Shown here: one piece after another, positions 12,254 through 23,212 of the stretch
Layout: each line of letters begins with the position of its first letter
Position numbering within the stretch: the first letter of the stretch is position 1
Assembly (NCBI GenBank): GCA_030295235.1
Contig: AP026126.1
Coordinates: forward strand, 1,488,001-1,552,000
Length of the DNA: 64,000 bases
Source: Fistulifera solaris
Lineage: Eukaryota
Direction of reading: 5' to 3'
Program-made: the position numbers and the translations under genes
The notes under the pieces: generated by a model
The model's database searches: none
Told to the model about the DNA's origin: nothing
Seen by the model: only the letters and a program-made list of their open reading frames with translations

Positions 12254-13354
12254 TCATGCCTCCATTTGAGAAGTTATCAGTTTTGAAACTTGAGGGATTG
12301 CCTCCAGTACAGGTAACCGCCGAAAGAATTCTTTAGCTTCGTTCAAAACGTTTTCTCGATCAATTTTTTTATCCATGTTATCATTCTGTTGCTGAATTTT
12401 TGGATTGTCTTCATCTTCATCGTCACTAATCGCGAGAATATCCGAATGATGTCGCAACAAAGATGACGGGTGCTTGCGTTGTTTGCGAGTATGTATCCAC
12501 CGCACTACAATTCCCGACGGCCGATCGGACATGGCCTGAAAATCTAGTCGGACCCTCAATCGTGACGCAATATGAAAATTAAACTGTTGAGTATCGTCCT
12601 CGTGCTTGATGACAGTCATTTTGGGATCCCAATGTTGACGAATGGTGTGTATGATTTGCTGGTGCACCCAATCACGATAACATGCTCGATAGAGTTCTTG
12701 CGCAAACGCTCGCAGAGGCTCCATCCAGTCGACACGCCATTGATCCGGCTCGGTCAAAGGGCCCACCGACACCATACCTCCCATGTGTTTTTGCCAAATA
12801 CGAGCCAAGGGAATAGACCGCGGTAAAGTGTGCTGTACTAGTCGCAAGTAGAGTTCCTGTGCTGGATTCTGACGACTGCGACGACGCGAAGCTGTCGAAA
12901 CAGCGTCCAAGAAACAATGGTAACAAGCCACAAAGCGTCCTTGCCAGGAAATATCAAATCGTAATGCCAAGACTTCTTTTGAAACACACGGCAATAACGA
13001 TATTCCTGCTAATCGGTACGCCGCCGCCAAAGTCCGTTGCTGTCGAACTTCTTGTAGTCTTTGCGCGAGTGGAATGGATGGGTCGGCTTTGTCGCTGTCA
13101 ACGACCTCAGGATGCCACATACGCAGATAAGGACGATCCGTTTCGTACGATGATTCATCTTGTGCGACAAGTCGTCCCGATGTATGAGTTTGTTTCGTTT
13201 CAGCTATTTTTACTTGTAGCGCTATACGTCGTTGTTGCAACTCTCTCAATCGACTCGACTGTTGTTGTGCTTGTCGGCGGGCAAGTTTTTGCAGAAATCC
13301 TTGGTGAATTTCGACTAGTTCCTTTTTTTGTAATGCTGATTGCAGGTTGTTCAT
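12254..13354 (-). CDS. CENP-O/Mcm21-like kinetochore protein
   Basis: N-terminal coiled coil, then YRLAGISL...LALRFDIS..GRF..CYHCFL...LRLVQHTLPRSIPL, resembling the CENP-O RWD motif. Confidence 0.65.
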   Translation of the reverse strand: MNNLQSALQKKELVEIHQGFLQKLARRQAQQQSSRLRELQQRRIALQVKIAETKQTHTSGRLVAQDESSYETDRPYLRMWHPEVVDSDKADPSIPLAQRLQEVRQQRTLAAAYRLAGISLLPCVSKEVLALRFDISWQGRFVACYHCFLDAVSTASRRRSRQNPAQELYLRLVQHTLPRSIPLARIWQKHMGGMVSVGPLTEPDQWRVDWMEPLRAFAQELYRACYRDWVHQQIIHTIRQHWDPKMTVIKHEDDTQQFNFHIASRLRVRLDFQAMSDRPSGIVVRWIHTRKQRKHPSSLLRHHSDILAISDDEDEDNPKIQQQNDNMDKKIDRENVLNEAKEFFRRLPVLEAIPQVSKLITSQMEA

Positions 13355-13724
13355 TGTGTCTTTACATTCATTATTTGTTCATAGAAAAAAATGGCAATGA
13401 TTGGTGTCGTAAAAGTGATGTTATTGTTTACCGCCGTCGCGATATTCGCGATCTCATCTTTGTCGCCACGAAATTTTGTCTCCGCCTTCCTAGTCCCTCT
13501 AGCGGTATACTAGTGTTGTGTGAAAACGGGTACACAGTGGAAATAACCACGATTTACATTTAACAGAGGACAAAAACGTGACTAACCCAAGCCGTGTCAC
13601 GGGTCACACCAAACCAGCATCCAGCATCGCGTTTCACGACACAACAAAAATTTGATGACCCGCAAGGACTACATTCACGTTGTTGTCCTGCCTTTTGAAT
13701 TGCTGCACTCATGCTTCTTTTACA

Positions 13725-15188
13725 ATGGAAAGATGGAGATCTGTGTTAGGTGTCCGTCAAAAGAGTAACAACGGAACGGAAGAAAAACTAAATCAGCAAG
13801 ACCGCTATCAAAATGATTTGAAACAGGCACAAGCTTTGCAGTCCTCTCGGCGGAAGACACAGAATCATCATAATACGACTGATAACAGCGTACTACTCGG
13901 ATTACAGGGTCTCGAACAAGCAGAAAAGTTGCATGATACTGACATAGACGAGGCGCTTTCATTGTACGAGTTATCACTGGAGGTATTAATTCGTTTTCTT
14001 AAGAATCGAGACTCGACGACGACTTCACACGAACTCGAAACTCTCCAAGCTCGAGTTTTTCAGGCAATGTCTTCCGCAGAGGCCCTCAAAGCAAAGCAAC
14101 CACAGCGACATGCTCACTCTCCGTCTTCCAAGTCTCGCGAATCAAAACATCATCAGCTGACGCAGGCATTAACAAATGTCATCAATACGCCACAGAAACG
14201 CAAGAACAATTTGCCGGCTCCGAAGGCAACTATAAATGTCAGAGGTCTCCCGAAAACAGCGACACCCTCACCTCCAGGTAGTGATAGTAATTCAGCAATC
14301 CGGCAGACAGTTCTTGATGAGTTGTACGTGAATCCGGAAGACTTACAAAAGACAAAATGGCAAGATATTGCGGGTCTGGACAGTGTCAAGCAGTCTCTGC
14401 AGGAAGCCGCGATCTTGCCTCTCATGAGACCCGATTTATTCACTGGTCTACGGAAACCGCAAAATATTCTGCTATGGGGACCCCCGGGAACTGGCAAGAC
14501 GATGCTGGTGCGAGCCGTAGCACGGGAAAGTAAATCCAACCTGTTCGTCTGTAGTGCCAGTTCATTGACGAGCAAGTGGATGGGGGAAGCTGAAAAGCTT
14601 GCACGGGCTTTATTCTCGGTAGCTGCTGAAATTTCCCCTTCCATCGTGTTTATTGATGAGATGGACTCGCTTCTCTCCATTCGGAAAAGCGACGGGGAAC
14701 ATGAAGCCAGTCGGCGACTTAAAACAGAGTTTATGGTGCAAATGGACGGTGTGAACGGTGATGACGAGCAAAGAGTTCTCGTTTTAGCATGCACCAATTG
14801 CCCGTGGGATATAGATTCCGCTGTACTACGTCGATTTCCGAGGAGACTGCTCGTGCCTCTACCGGATAAAGAGGCACGTCTGGGTTTGATCAAGAATCTC
14901 TTGAGGAAGGCTGGCAAGCATTCGCTGTCTTCTCGAGACTTGCAGAGAGTGGTCAAGTGCACGCAAGGTTTCTCGTGCTCAGATATCACAGCCATAGCTT
15001 CGGAAGCCGCCTTTGGTCCACTGCGGTCTTTAGGAGACATGGATGCTATACGAAAGGCAAATGTAAAAGATGTGCGACCTATCAGCATCAAGGATTTTGA
15101 TTCTGCTCTCGAGCAAGCCACGAAAAGTGTAAGTACTTCACAACTGAAAAGATATGCTGAATGGAAAGAAGAACAAGCGGCTGCATAG
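13725..15188 (+). CDS. Spastin-like microtubule-severing AAA ATPase (MIT-like + AAA)
   Basis: MIT-like helices; WQDIAGL, GPPGTGKT, SLTSKWMGEAEKL, IDEMDSLL, EHEASRRLKTEF. Confidence 0.88.
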   Translation: MERWRSVLGVRQKSNNGTEEKLNQQDRYQNDLKQAQALQSSRRKTQNHHNTTDNSVLLGLQGLEQAEKLHDTDIDEALSLYELSLEVLIRFLKNRDSTTTSHELETLQARVFQAMSSAEALKAKQPQRHAHSPSSKSRESKHHQLTQALTNVINTPQKRKNNLPAPKATINVRGLPKTATPSPPGSDSNSAIRQTVLDELYVNPEDLQKTKWQDIAGLDSVKQSLQEAAILPLMRPDLFTGLRKPQNILLWGPPGTGKTMLVRAVARESKSNLFVCSASSLTSKWMGEAEKLARALFSVAAEISPSIVFIDEMDSLLSIRKSDGEHEASRRLKTEFMVQMDGVNGDDEQRVLVLACTNCPWDIDSAVLRRFPRRLLVPLPDKEARLGLIKNLLRKAGKHSLSSRDLQRVVKCTQGFSCSDITAIASEAAFGPLRSLGDMDAIRKANVKDVRPISIKDFDSALEQATKSVSTSQLKRYAEWKEEQAAA

Positions 15189-15300
15189 TATATGTTTAGC
15201 ATAGTATATACTGAATGCTTTCTATCATTTACGTGGCATTGGTTCATTACAGCAAAATTAGTGGTGGCGCAGTTAGTTGAAACGAACGGTCAATCAATGC

Positions 15301-16228
15301 TCATTCCTTGCCCGGACAACAAAACGAAAAGATATTCTTCTTTGCTTGGGGTGGTGGTATTTCAAATACTTCCGGTGTAGCCAAAATGCGTTCCTTGGTG
15401 TACTTGGTTCGACGGGGCGAAACATCCGCAGGTTTCTTGACCATTAGACAAGCTGCATCCTCACTTCGTAACGCCATTCGAATTGCTTCGGAGGGTTTTC
15501 CTCCGCTATGTTGCTGCAACATATCAGCTGCTACCAAAGGGTCCTTTTGAAAGGTGAATCCGGAGTGCTCTTCCGACAAGTCAAGCTAAAGAGAGGTGAG
15601 CTGATCATTTGTTTTTACTGCGTTTCGCCAAGAATGTCTCTCACCTTTAAATGCTCCGCATCTATAACGTCAATCGGCATAATCTTCCCATTAAAGTCCG
15701 TATCTTGAACAGTGGCAACGAAGAATAAGCGATTCTTATGCATGTTTCTGTGATCTGCTAGTCTCAACGGATTGACACGATGCAATTGAGACCGTAGATC
15801 CAGACCAGTTTCTTCGAACAACTCACGAACAGCGCCTTTCTTGGCCGCGATCAACAATTGCTCGGTAGAATCCTTAGCTTCGCTGGCTGACAAGTGATGA
15901 AATAGATAAGTGCTTCGTTATTTTCCGAACGAACACGTGATATTGAAAGAACCAATCAATTTACTTACCAGCTTCTTTGAATTCAAAATCATCAACGTGT
16001 CCGCCAGGTAGCTGCCAGTGTGGTCCTTTGTTCTTTTTCTCGTACAATGGAGGAGCAGCATTCCGTGTTTCTCATGAACAGCTACAAAAAGGCTCGGTAA
16101 TCCGTCCCGGGGATAACAACAGGTGACTCGGTAGAGGCGGGCGAAGGAGCCACGTCGGCTTTATTTGCTGATTGCCAGCGCGAAGCTAAGCGAAACGGAG
16201 ATAGCAGCACAGAGGTTGAATCGAACAT
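15301..16228 (-). CDS. NUDIX hydrolase (spliced, frameshifted)
   Basis: WQLPGGHVD...GAVRELFEETGLDL Nudix box split over exons; last exon has LSEEHSGFTF; boundaries approximate. Confidence 0.75.
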
Positions 16229-16527
16229 GTTGCTAAATTGAATGTGACACGAAGAAGAAGCTAGCCCTTTTAATGCGAATGAATGAACGTGTTCTGCACA
16301 AAATAAAATTTCGAATTTTCACGAGAAATCCATGCTGTCGTCATGGCTTCAATGTGATTACCTTTAACCTTAACCGAACTAAATGCTTCAGCTGAGGATG
16401 CCTTCGGCCTAGCCAGGTGTTTCTAGCTAGGAACTTGTGATAAAGTTTCGAATAATATGAAAACAAGGCTAAGCACCCAGTGTCTAGATAGTGATCATCC
16501 GCAACAGTTCGAATTAGAACACGCCAT

Positions 16528-17742
16528 CTAAAGAAATTCTTGAACCGCGTGAAGACTCCACTGATACAATGAATCTTCCAGAGTTTCGTCATACGATTCT
16601 ACAGAAGATCTTTGAGATGCTACGCGTGCTGTGACACGCTGAAATGCTCCAACTATGAACAGGAACATCCACACTATGGCATCACGTACTCCAGTAAAAT
16701 AAAACATCGGATGGTGAAAATAATCGGACAGAAACGCTAGTCCGAAAACCGATGCACTGGTTAGATAGTCGCCTTTGTCGCCATCCATGAACATCGCCAT
16801 TAAAGGAGTCGCGATCCCCCATCCCTCCACGGGGAAACCAAGATCCATGGCCTTTTTAAACGTTCGACCACCAATATTGGTGCCAACGATTCCCGGACAG
16901 ACACTGACAATCCGAGCTTTCGATGATTTACTCCATAACGGATGACGGCGACGCAAAGCTCGCGCGTGTAAAATTTGGGCCAACTTGGAGTTGGAATAGG
17001 ATCTCGACGAACGCAACAACCCTCCTAAACCAGAATTACCACCCTTCTTGGCTGCTACAGGTATATTATCTGTACCTTGAGCTAACAAGTCCGAACCATC
17101 GACCGAGTAATGAAAGGAAGAGGCAACTTGCACGATGGTGGGACGTTGCGTAGCGTTGTTATGCATAGCCGCGGAAAGTTTTTCTGTCAAGAGAAAGTGG
17201 GACAGGTAGTTCACTGTGAAAACCATATCATGTCCTTGTGCTGATACTCGATTGCCCTTCCAGTTATTGAGACCGTCGTGCATCCCTGCATTATTGATGA
17301 GTATGTCGATGTGATCGTATTGTGACAGAATCTCATCCGCGGCCTTGGCAACCGAAGCCAAATCGGTAAAATCAGCCACAAAAGGCTGCACGGTACTAAC
17401 TTCCTCTTTTAATTGATTGAGCTTAGTCGAACTTCTACCAATACCTACGACGGTAGCGCCCAACTTGGATAAGGCTTTGGTCATTGACAACCCAATGCCA
17501 CTGGTGCAGCCTGTCACAACAACAATTTTGCCCCGCAGAGGCTCGTCGTTCGTTGTATCCTTCAGATCGTAGTATTTCTGGGCTAATGGAATGACAGTTC
17601 CTTTCCAGTCAATCTCACGATGAGGAACAGCAGCCAGGGCCGCTAGAACCACAACGAGCGTAACAAGGATGGGGAGTTGCCACATGCTGGTATTTTTTGT
17701 CGTTTGGTTTCGTCGTTGTGTCATTTTTATATTAAAAACCAT
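16528..17742 (-). CDS. Short-chain dehydrogenase/reductase (retinol-DH-like) with N-terminal TM
   Basis: TGCTSGIG, DILINNAG, VNYLSHFLLT, YSNSK. Confidence 0.9.
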   Translation of the reverse strand: MVFNIKMTQRRNQTTKNTSMWQLPILVTLVVVLAALAAVPHREIDWKGTVIPLAQKYYDLKDTTNDEPLRGKIVVVTGCTSGIGLSMTKALSKLGATVVGIGRSSTKLNQLKEEVSTVQPFVADFTDLASVAKAADEILSQYDHIDILINNAGMHDGLNNWKGNRVSAQGHDMVFTVNYLSHFLLTEKLSAAMHNNATQRPTIVQVASSFHYSVDGSDLLAQGTDNIPVAAKKGGNSGLGGLLRSSRSYSNSKLAQILHARALRRRHPLWSKSSKARIVSVCPGIVGTNIGGRTFKKAMDLGFPVEGWGIATPLMAMFMDGDKGDYLTSASVFGLAFLSDYFHHPMFYFTGVRDAIVWMFLFIVGAFQRVTARVASQRSSVESYDETLEDSLYQWSLHAVQEFL

Positions 17743-17910
17743 TGACAGTGATGAAACAAGAATCTGGAATAGACTACGTTAAGATGAGAATCGAAGATAT
17801 GTAGTAAAAGGCAATTTAATTCATTCGTCGCGTTTCTTCGTTTTCATTTTTTTTCTCTCCAAGCGATGATTTTTTCCCCTCGAGTCGTCGACAAGCAAGG
17901 CGATATGATT

Positions 17911-18440
17911 TCACACAGAAATTTTGTGGACTCCGGTGTTTGTATTCATACAGAAATTCTGTAGCAAAAGTCTTTCCAGAAATTCTGGAATAGGTAGTTG
18001 CCTTGATACAGAAATTATGTAGCACTTCCGAAAGTATCATTTTTTCATACAGAATTAAAAACTAATATTTATTCCTAATTTCCTAACGTAAGAATGTAAT
18101 CTTGACATTCGACTGAATTCTCCATTATTGTTCGTTAGATGTTTGCGTTTATACAGAACTTCTGTGTGTTTGGTCCAGAAATTCTGGACCATCGTTGATT
18201 ACAATCATACAGAAATTGTGTGTTTGGTCCAGAAATTCTGGACCATCGTTGATTGCAATCATACAGAAATTGTGTTTGTTTGGTCCAGAAATTCTGGACC
18301 ATCACTGCTTGCGATCATACAGAAATTCTGTGGACGTCGTTCCAGAAATTCTGGAACATTGGTGTTTGCGATTATACAGATATTCTGTAGTCGTTCCAGA
18401 AATTCTGGAATATCGGTGGTTTTGAGTTACAGAAATTTCG
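17911..18440. repeat. Array of CAGAAATTCTG-core palindromes (~54-57-bp units)
   Basis: About 16 cores, alternating TACAGAAATTCTGT and TCCAGAAATTCTGGA types; near-perfect units at 18151-18320. Confidence 0.92.
18091..18126. repeat. 36-bp dispersed element, copy 1
   Basis: 34/36 identical to 63372-63407. Confidence 0.85.
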
Positions 18441-18899
18441 AGGCTCCGTTTGAGCTGCTAGCCTACCTCATTAACTTCAATATTGTAGCCGACAATAGAA
18501 AGGGGTCTTTGGTCTTTCAATGCACGCTTCGATCGTATTCATCAACATTTTCTGTTAAAATGTTATCGTCCCTTGGTAATGTGGAACCGAGTGTTGTCCG
18601 TTTTTCGGCACTGTCATGAAACCTCCGTTCGTGTCTAGCTTGTTCGACAGTATTTCAGTACATTTTTAAAAGAGTAGCAGCAGTAGCCGTCCACGCTTTG
18701 ATTCGTTACGGCGAAAGTCAATAAGAGACGACTCTCGTTGTCTTTCATATTTACTATCGACCAAAGTGTTGTCTGTATTTTGCCACGACTGCGTTCTCTA
18801 GAGTCATGAGTCATGGCCGCTCCCGCCTCCCGCAGCGCCGCAGCATTTATTGACAACAAACAGTATTCAATTGCAAATTACTTAACTATCGTAAACATC

Positions 18900-20285
18900 A
18901 TGTTTGACCTCGAAGCATCCATCATATCGCGTTACCAAGGCGAAGCTCGCTTGCAGCGACTCCTCTGGGTCGCCACCGAAGCGTCTCCAGATGTACGTCA
19001 AGCCGCCTTGCCTCTCGCGAAGGAATACGCACAGCACCTAGGAAATATCCGTCGCTTTCAAGAGACGTGTCATTTACTTCAACAGAACGATGATGCATGG
19101 GTAAATCACCGAATGCTACAAAATCGACAAGACCGTGAGATCTTGATGCAGCGCTTGAGTGTCGCGCAGGCTCACTTGAACAAAGAAGCAATTCGCGTCG
19201 CGTACTTGGCTCTGGCGGAACACGATACGCAGACGGGAGAATTGCGCGAAGCGCTACATTCGGCCGTGCGGGCTAAAGATTACTGTACCAATCGATCCCA
19301 CACGGCCGTCGTGTCGCTGTATGTTTTACAAATTGCTCTCTATCAGCAGAACTACAAGACCGTGCAAGATTACTCCAACAAGTTACAGCACATTCTCAAT
19401 CAAGTAGAGACTGCGGTCAAGTACAAGGTCTTGATCGCCACAGGACTCGAACGTCTGGCGGCGCATGAATATACTTCGGCGGCCAACAAATTTGTGGAAG
19501 CGCTGTATTGTGCGATGGAGCACAGTAGTGTCGAAGGTAACGAGCATCTTTCGTGGAATGATGTACTCGCCCCCGAAGACGTGGCTTTATTCGCTGCTTT
19601 CTTGTCACTGGCGGCGAATGCATCCCGCGACTCGCTCATCCAACTAGCGGAACATCCGGAAGCTTTGGATCTCATACCGATTGCCCGCGAGATCTTGTTG
19701 CAATTTGCTCAACGCACCAACTACAAAGCCACCTGGCAGTTACTCGAGCAGCATTTGTTCCCCGCATTGAAACTCGATTTGTACTTGGGCCTTCATTTTG
19801 AAACCTTGAAGCAACATATACGCGAAAAGTGTCTGCTCCAGTATTGGAAATCGTATGAACGAGTCGAGCTCTCGGCGTTGGCAGAGCACATGGGACCTGG
19901 ACTGGTTCCTCCCGAGCAGTGCACGGATTTGTGCGTGTCTTTGATCCAAAGGCGACTTTTCCCAACGGATACTCGCATCAATTTGCAAGATGGCGTCTTG
20001 GTTCGAGTCCCGGTGGAATCGGTCATGGAAAAGACACAGAGACGACTGAACAGTGCCACCGAACGCACACTTAATGATACCTACGCCATGATGATCCGGT
20101 TGGCTTGCGTGGATCATAACTTGGTAATTGCGCATTCTCATGGACGTAAACAGCGAGGGAGGCGGATGGGCTGGGCTCGCACCTGCAGCTGGCTCTGTTG
20201 TATTCGACGAGGAGAAAAGCGACGAAGAAGTCGAAGAACCGATGGAGGATGCTATCAATCCAGAAGACTTGTACTAATTTCGTGA
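18900..20285 (+). CDS. CSN1: COP9 signalosome subunit 1 (RPN7/PCI)
   Basis: FDLEA..SRYQGEARLQRL, KEAIRVAY..LAEH...G.L.EAL....RAKDYCT, LKLDLYL..H, PCI region. The true C-terminus is probably ...EDAINPEDLY* (stop 20277) via a frameshift. Confidence 0.85.
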   Translation: MFDLEASIISRYQGEARLQRLLWVATEASPDVRQAALPLAKEYAQHLGNIRRFQETCHLLQQNDDAWVNHRMLQNRQDREILMQRLSVAQAHLNKEAIRVAYLALAEHDTQTGELREALHSAVRAKDYCTNRSHTAVVSLYVLQIALYQQNYKTVQDYSNKLQHILNQVETAVKYKVLIATGLERLAAHEYTSAANKFVEALYCAMEHSSVEGNEHLSWNDVLAPEDVALFAAFLSLAANASRDSLIQLAEHPEALDLIPIAREILLQFAQRTNYKATWQLLEQHLFPALKLDLYLGLHFETLKQHIREKCLLQYWKSYERVELSALAEHMGPGLVPPEQCTDLCVSLIQRRLFPTDTRINLQDGVLVRVPVESVMEKTQRRLNSATERTLNDTYAMMIRLACVDHNLVIAHSHGRKQRGRRMGWARTCSWLCCIRRGEKRRRSRRTDGGCYQSRRLVLIS

Positions 20286-21032
20286 CAGATAATGCAGACT
20301 ATTGATTGTGGTTGGTAATGGGTATTTAATGCTAGGCTTATACAGTAGTTTCGCAAGAACTTTCAGTGACGACGAACGACGACACTCCTGCAGTCCCAGC
20401 ATTGCCGACCACATCACGCGATGAATCAAGCGTCTTTGCTACGGCTCTGTAGATAAATGTTAGGTTTTTAGTTTGTTACTTTGCTGATGTTGATGTTGCT
20501 GGATCATGAAGATGTACCAGGCAGGTGAAATTTCATTCTACGGAGAACTCAATATTAACTATAGGATAAAGTCTAGAGAGTGGTCTGACTGAACTGAGTC
20601 GCAGTCCTGGAACAAGTCGGCCACATCGTCAATTATTGATGAATCTCCTCCAATTTGGTTTTGAAGCTGAAGTTTGATATAAAGAGATTACAAAATGGAT
20701 TTGTTAGTTACTTTGCTGGTGCTGCTTTTGTTTGATTAAAGAGGTGTCCAAAAATTCAAACTTAATCGAGACACGAGACAGGCAGGTTTACGTCGTGAAC
20801 GTCTGGCATTCGACAGTATCGGAATATGTGACGTGTTTTTGCCGTTTTCGATTGTCGACCGAACGAAGAAGACAATGAATGCGAATGGAATAAGGGGCAA
20901 CGATAGTGCAAAAGAGGCGTAGAACAACAGTATTGGTGATAATTTATGAGAACTTGACTGCTTGCTCTGTGATATTCGGCAACCGCAACTCATCGCTTCA
21001 ATCTGAGGAAAGAATTTCTGTAGCATTATCCC

Positions 21033-21824
21033 ATGATGGTTGTACACAGGTGTTTTTACTGGTCTGCTTTGTTGAGCTTATGTTTGACCTCGTCGCACGG
21101 CTTTACATTAATAGCCCGACCACAAAGTTCCTGTGGTGCCTTGCGAGCTAGCCGTATAAGCGAGGAAAGGCGAAAAGAGCTAATGTCAAGGGATGCACTT
21201 TTCTTTGAAATCGATCAATCGAAGTCAAAAATCGAATTCGGTGCTAGCATCGATTTAGTGACGAACCTCGAAGAGAGAGGTGACAGGGAAGCCATCGAAG
21301 AATGGCTTAGAGACGGACGTACACTGGCGTTGTCGATTTGGGACGATATTGAGGAGCTTTCCGAAAGCATGTACAAACTACGGATCATGAAACTTCAGTT
21401 CGTTACACTCCAACTACAACCAACTGTGGATGTTCAGATGAAAACTGTTACCGCCCGGTCCGTGAAAAATCCCCAGCGCGAATTTCCTTTGTTTCGACTG
21501 CAATCCATTGATTTTGATCCCCACTTGGAAGTCTTACCTGGAATGAAGATAGCGGCAGAGACTCTGGGGATCGTCATTCATGTGGTGGGAGACTTACGAC
21601 CTACGATGGACGGGAGAGGTGTGACGGGCAAAGTATCCTTTGCTACCAAAGGTAACCTACCGCCTGCCCTGGCGATTTTGCCGCAAAGAGTATTGAAAAC
21701 TGCCGCAAACTCCATCAACAAAACCATCATTTCCTTTGCGTCTAAAAGCTTTGAAAATGGCGCACGGGCAAGGTATGAGCAGTTTCGAGCAAACAGGAAA
21801 GAAACTAGCGACACAGTAGCATAG
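21033..21824 (+). CDS. Plastid-targeted protein, DUF1997-like
   Basis: Signal peptide ending SHG-FT; YKLRIMKLQFVTLQLQPTVDV and LPPALAILPQRVLKTA resemble DUF1997. Confidence 0.6.
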   Translation: MMVVHRCFYWSALLSLCLTSSHGFTLIARPQSSCGALRASRISEERRKELMSRDALFFEIDQSKSKIEFGASIDLVTNLEERGDREAIEEWLRDGRTLALSIWDDIEELSESMYKLRIMKLQFVTLQLQPTVDVQMKTVTARSVKNPQREFPLFRLQSIDFDPHLEVLPGMKIAAETLGIVIHVVGDLRPTMDGRGVTGKVSFATKGNLPPALAILPQRVLKTAANSINKTIISFASKSFENGARARYEQFRANRKETSDTVA

Positions 21825-21871
21825 ACGACTGTATAGATTACTGTTGTTTCGAACTGCGCTGGGATTTTTCG

Positions 21872-22957
21872 TTATGTTTCTAGAACAAGCCCATCATGGG
21901 CGAATCGGATGTTTCCGTGTTCCTGCCTTAGCAGACGATTCATGTCATCGTGAAGCGGAAAGGCGTCACAGTTCATACCAACTAGATATGTCATTTTCCT
22001 GGGGGCAATCTCATGAGACATCACGATAGCCTGCTCCATACTGTAATGGACGGGGTGGTCATGGTCTGGGTTAAGTGCATCGATGATCAACACATCCGTT
22101 GGGGGCAACTTGGAGCAAATGTAGTCCAGAGTCTCCGGAAGCATGCGTGAAATGTCAGATAGATACACCACATTCGTGCGGCCTACAGTGAACGAGAACC
22201 CGTAGGAAATCAAGTCCTCTCCGTGAATGACTGGTAAGGGCGTAACTTTCAATGTACCGATGGTAAAAGGGGAAAACTTTTCAAACACTTTAACTTGGAA
22301 TGACGCTACGTGACGTTCTACTCGTGGCTTGCCCTCATCCGCGATGATAGCTGTTGCTTTTGGCAATAGCCAGGGAAATTGCTCCTGTAGAGCCTCTAAG
22401 CACTCTGATGATAAGAAAAGAGGCATCGCGACCGACCCAAGTCGCTTTTCTCCGTCAAACTTCCAGCGTTGAAAGCCTCGAACGTCATCCAATCCTGCGA
22501 CGGCATCCATGTGCTGGTGGGTCAAAATGATGGCGTCTAACTGCGTAGCACCCACTTCTGGTAACCATCTCAGCGCACCTTCTCGAAACGTTTTTCCAAC
22601 GTCAATAATTACGTTCGTTCCGTCTTCTAACATTATGAGCAGTGATGGATTGTTGCGATAGTTTTTGTTGTATTTTGGGTTCCCTCGAGAAGCTACTTTC
22701 GAAACGTGACAGTACTTTTCCATTGCATCGCGCGTTTCTTTCAAATTCAACGACTCTTGAGCTCGCTCACTGAACAAAAGCGAGCAAGAGGGTCGAGGGC
22801 ATCCCGTACTCGAACCAGTACCGAGGAAAACAATCTTCGATTGAATGTTCTCACCATCGCAACCTGATTTTGACAAATGTTTCCCGCTCAACAAAAAGCA
22901 TCCAGAAGTAGCGATAGCCGAGAAAAGAAAGCGCTCCATGAGTTGATTGCTTATCAT
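21872..22957 (-). CDS. PhnP-like metallo-beta-lactamase-fold hydrolase
   Basis: FLGTGSSTGCP, RNNPSLLI, IDVGKTF, THQHMDA, HG, YLSDIS, AHDGL. Confidence 0.88.
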   Translation of the reverse strand: MISNQLMERFLFSAIATSGCFLLSGKHLSKSGCDGENIQSKIVFLGTGSSTGCPRPSCSLLFSERAQESLNLKETRDAMEKYCHVSKVASRGNPKYNKNYRNNPSLLIMLEDGTNVIIDVGKTFREGALRWLPEVGATQLDAIILTHQHMDAVAGLDDVRGFQRWKFDGEKRLGSVAMPLFLSSECLEALQEQFPWLLPKATAIIADEGKPRVERHVASFQVKVFEKFSPFTIGTLKVTPLPVIHGEDLISYGFSFTVGRTNVVYLSDISRMLPETLDYICSKLPPTDVLIIDALNPDHDHPVHYSMEQAIVMSHEIAPRKMTYLVGMNCDAFPLHDDMNRLLRQEHGNIRFAHDGLVLET

Positions 22958-23212
22958 TCTTTAGATAATCTGATCCAATGAATATGTTGCAACGCTTTTT
23001 TATGGGCTTGTTTTGGCTCATAATAAATCGTTCCCGTCTCGTGACTGAAATCAAAGCGTAGTACCATTAAAGGCTACGACAGTCTAAGATTTTTCGACTT
23101 CCGCTTAACGATTGTCAATACGTAAACAAACTTCATGGAAAGACTTATACATCATGCAATAATGTCTTAAAATATTGATTTTAGGCCGATGGGTGATCAT
23201 CGACTTTCAAAG

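Noticed and set aside
12859..13563. 234-aa plus-strand ORF
   Set aside because: Antisense to the CENP-O-like gene and has no recognisable features.
14153..15247. 364-aa antisense ORF
   Set aside because: Shadow of the spastin-like gene with no motifs of its own.
17911..18440. CRISPR array interpretation of the palindromic repeats
   Set aside because: Linkers are homologous to each other rather than unique spacers, there are no cas genes, and the context is eukaryotic.
18128..18619. 163-aa repetitive ORF (VCLVQKFWTIVD repeats)
   Set aside because: It is a translation of the DNA repeat array with a non-ATG start.
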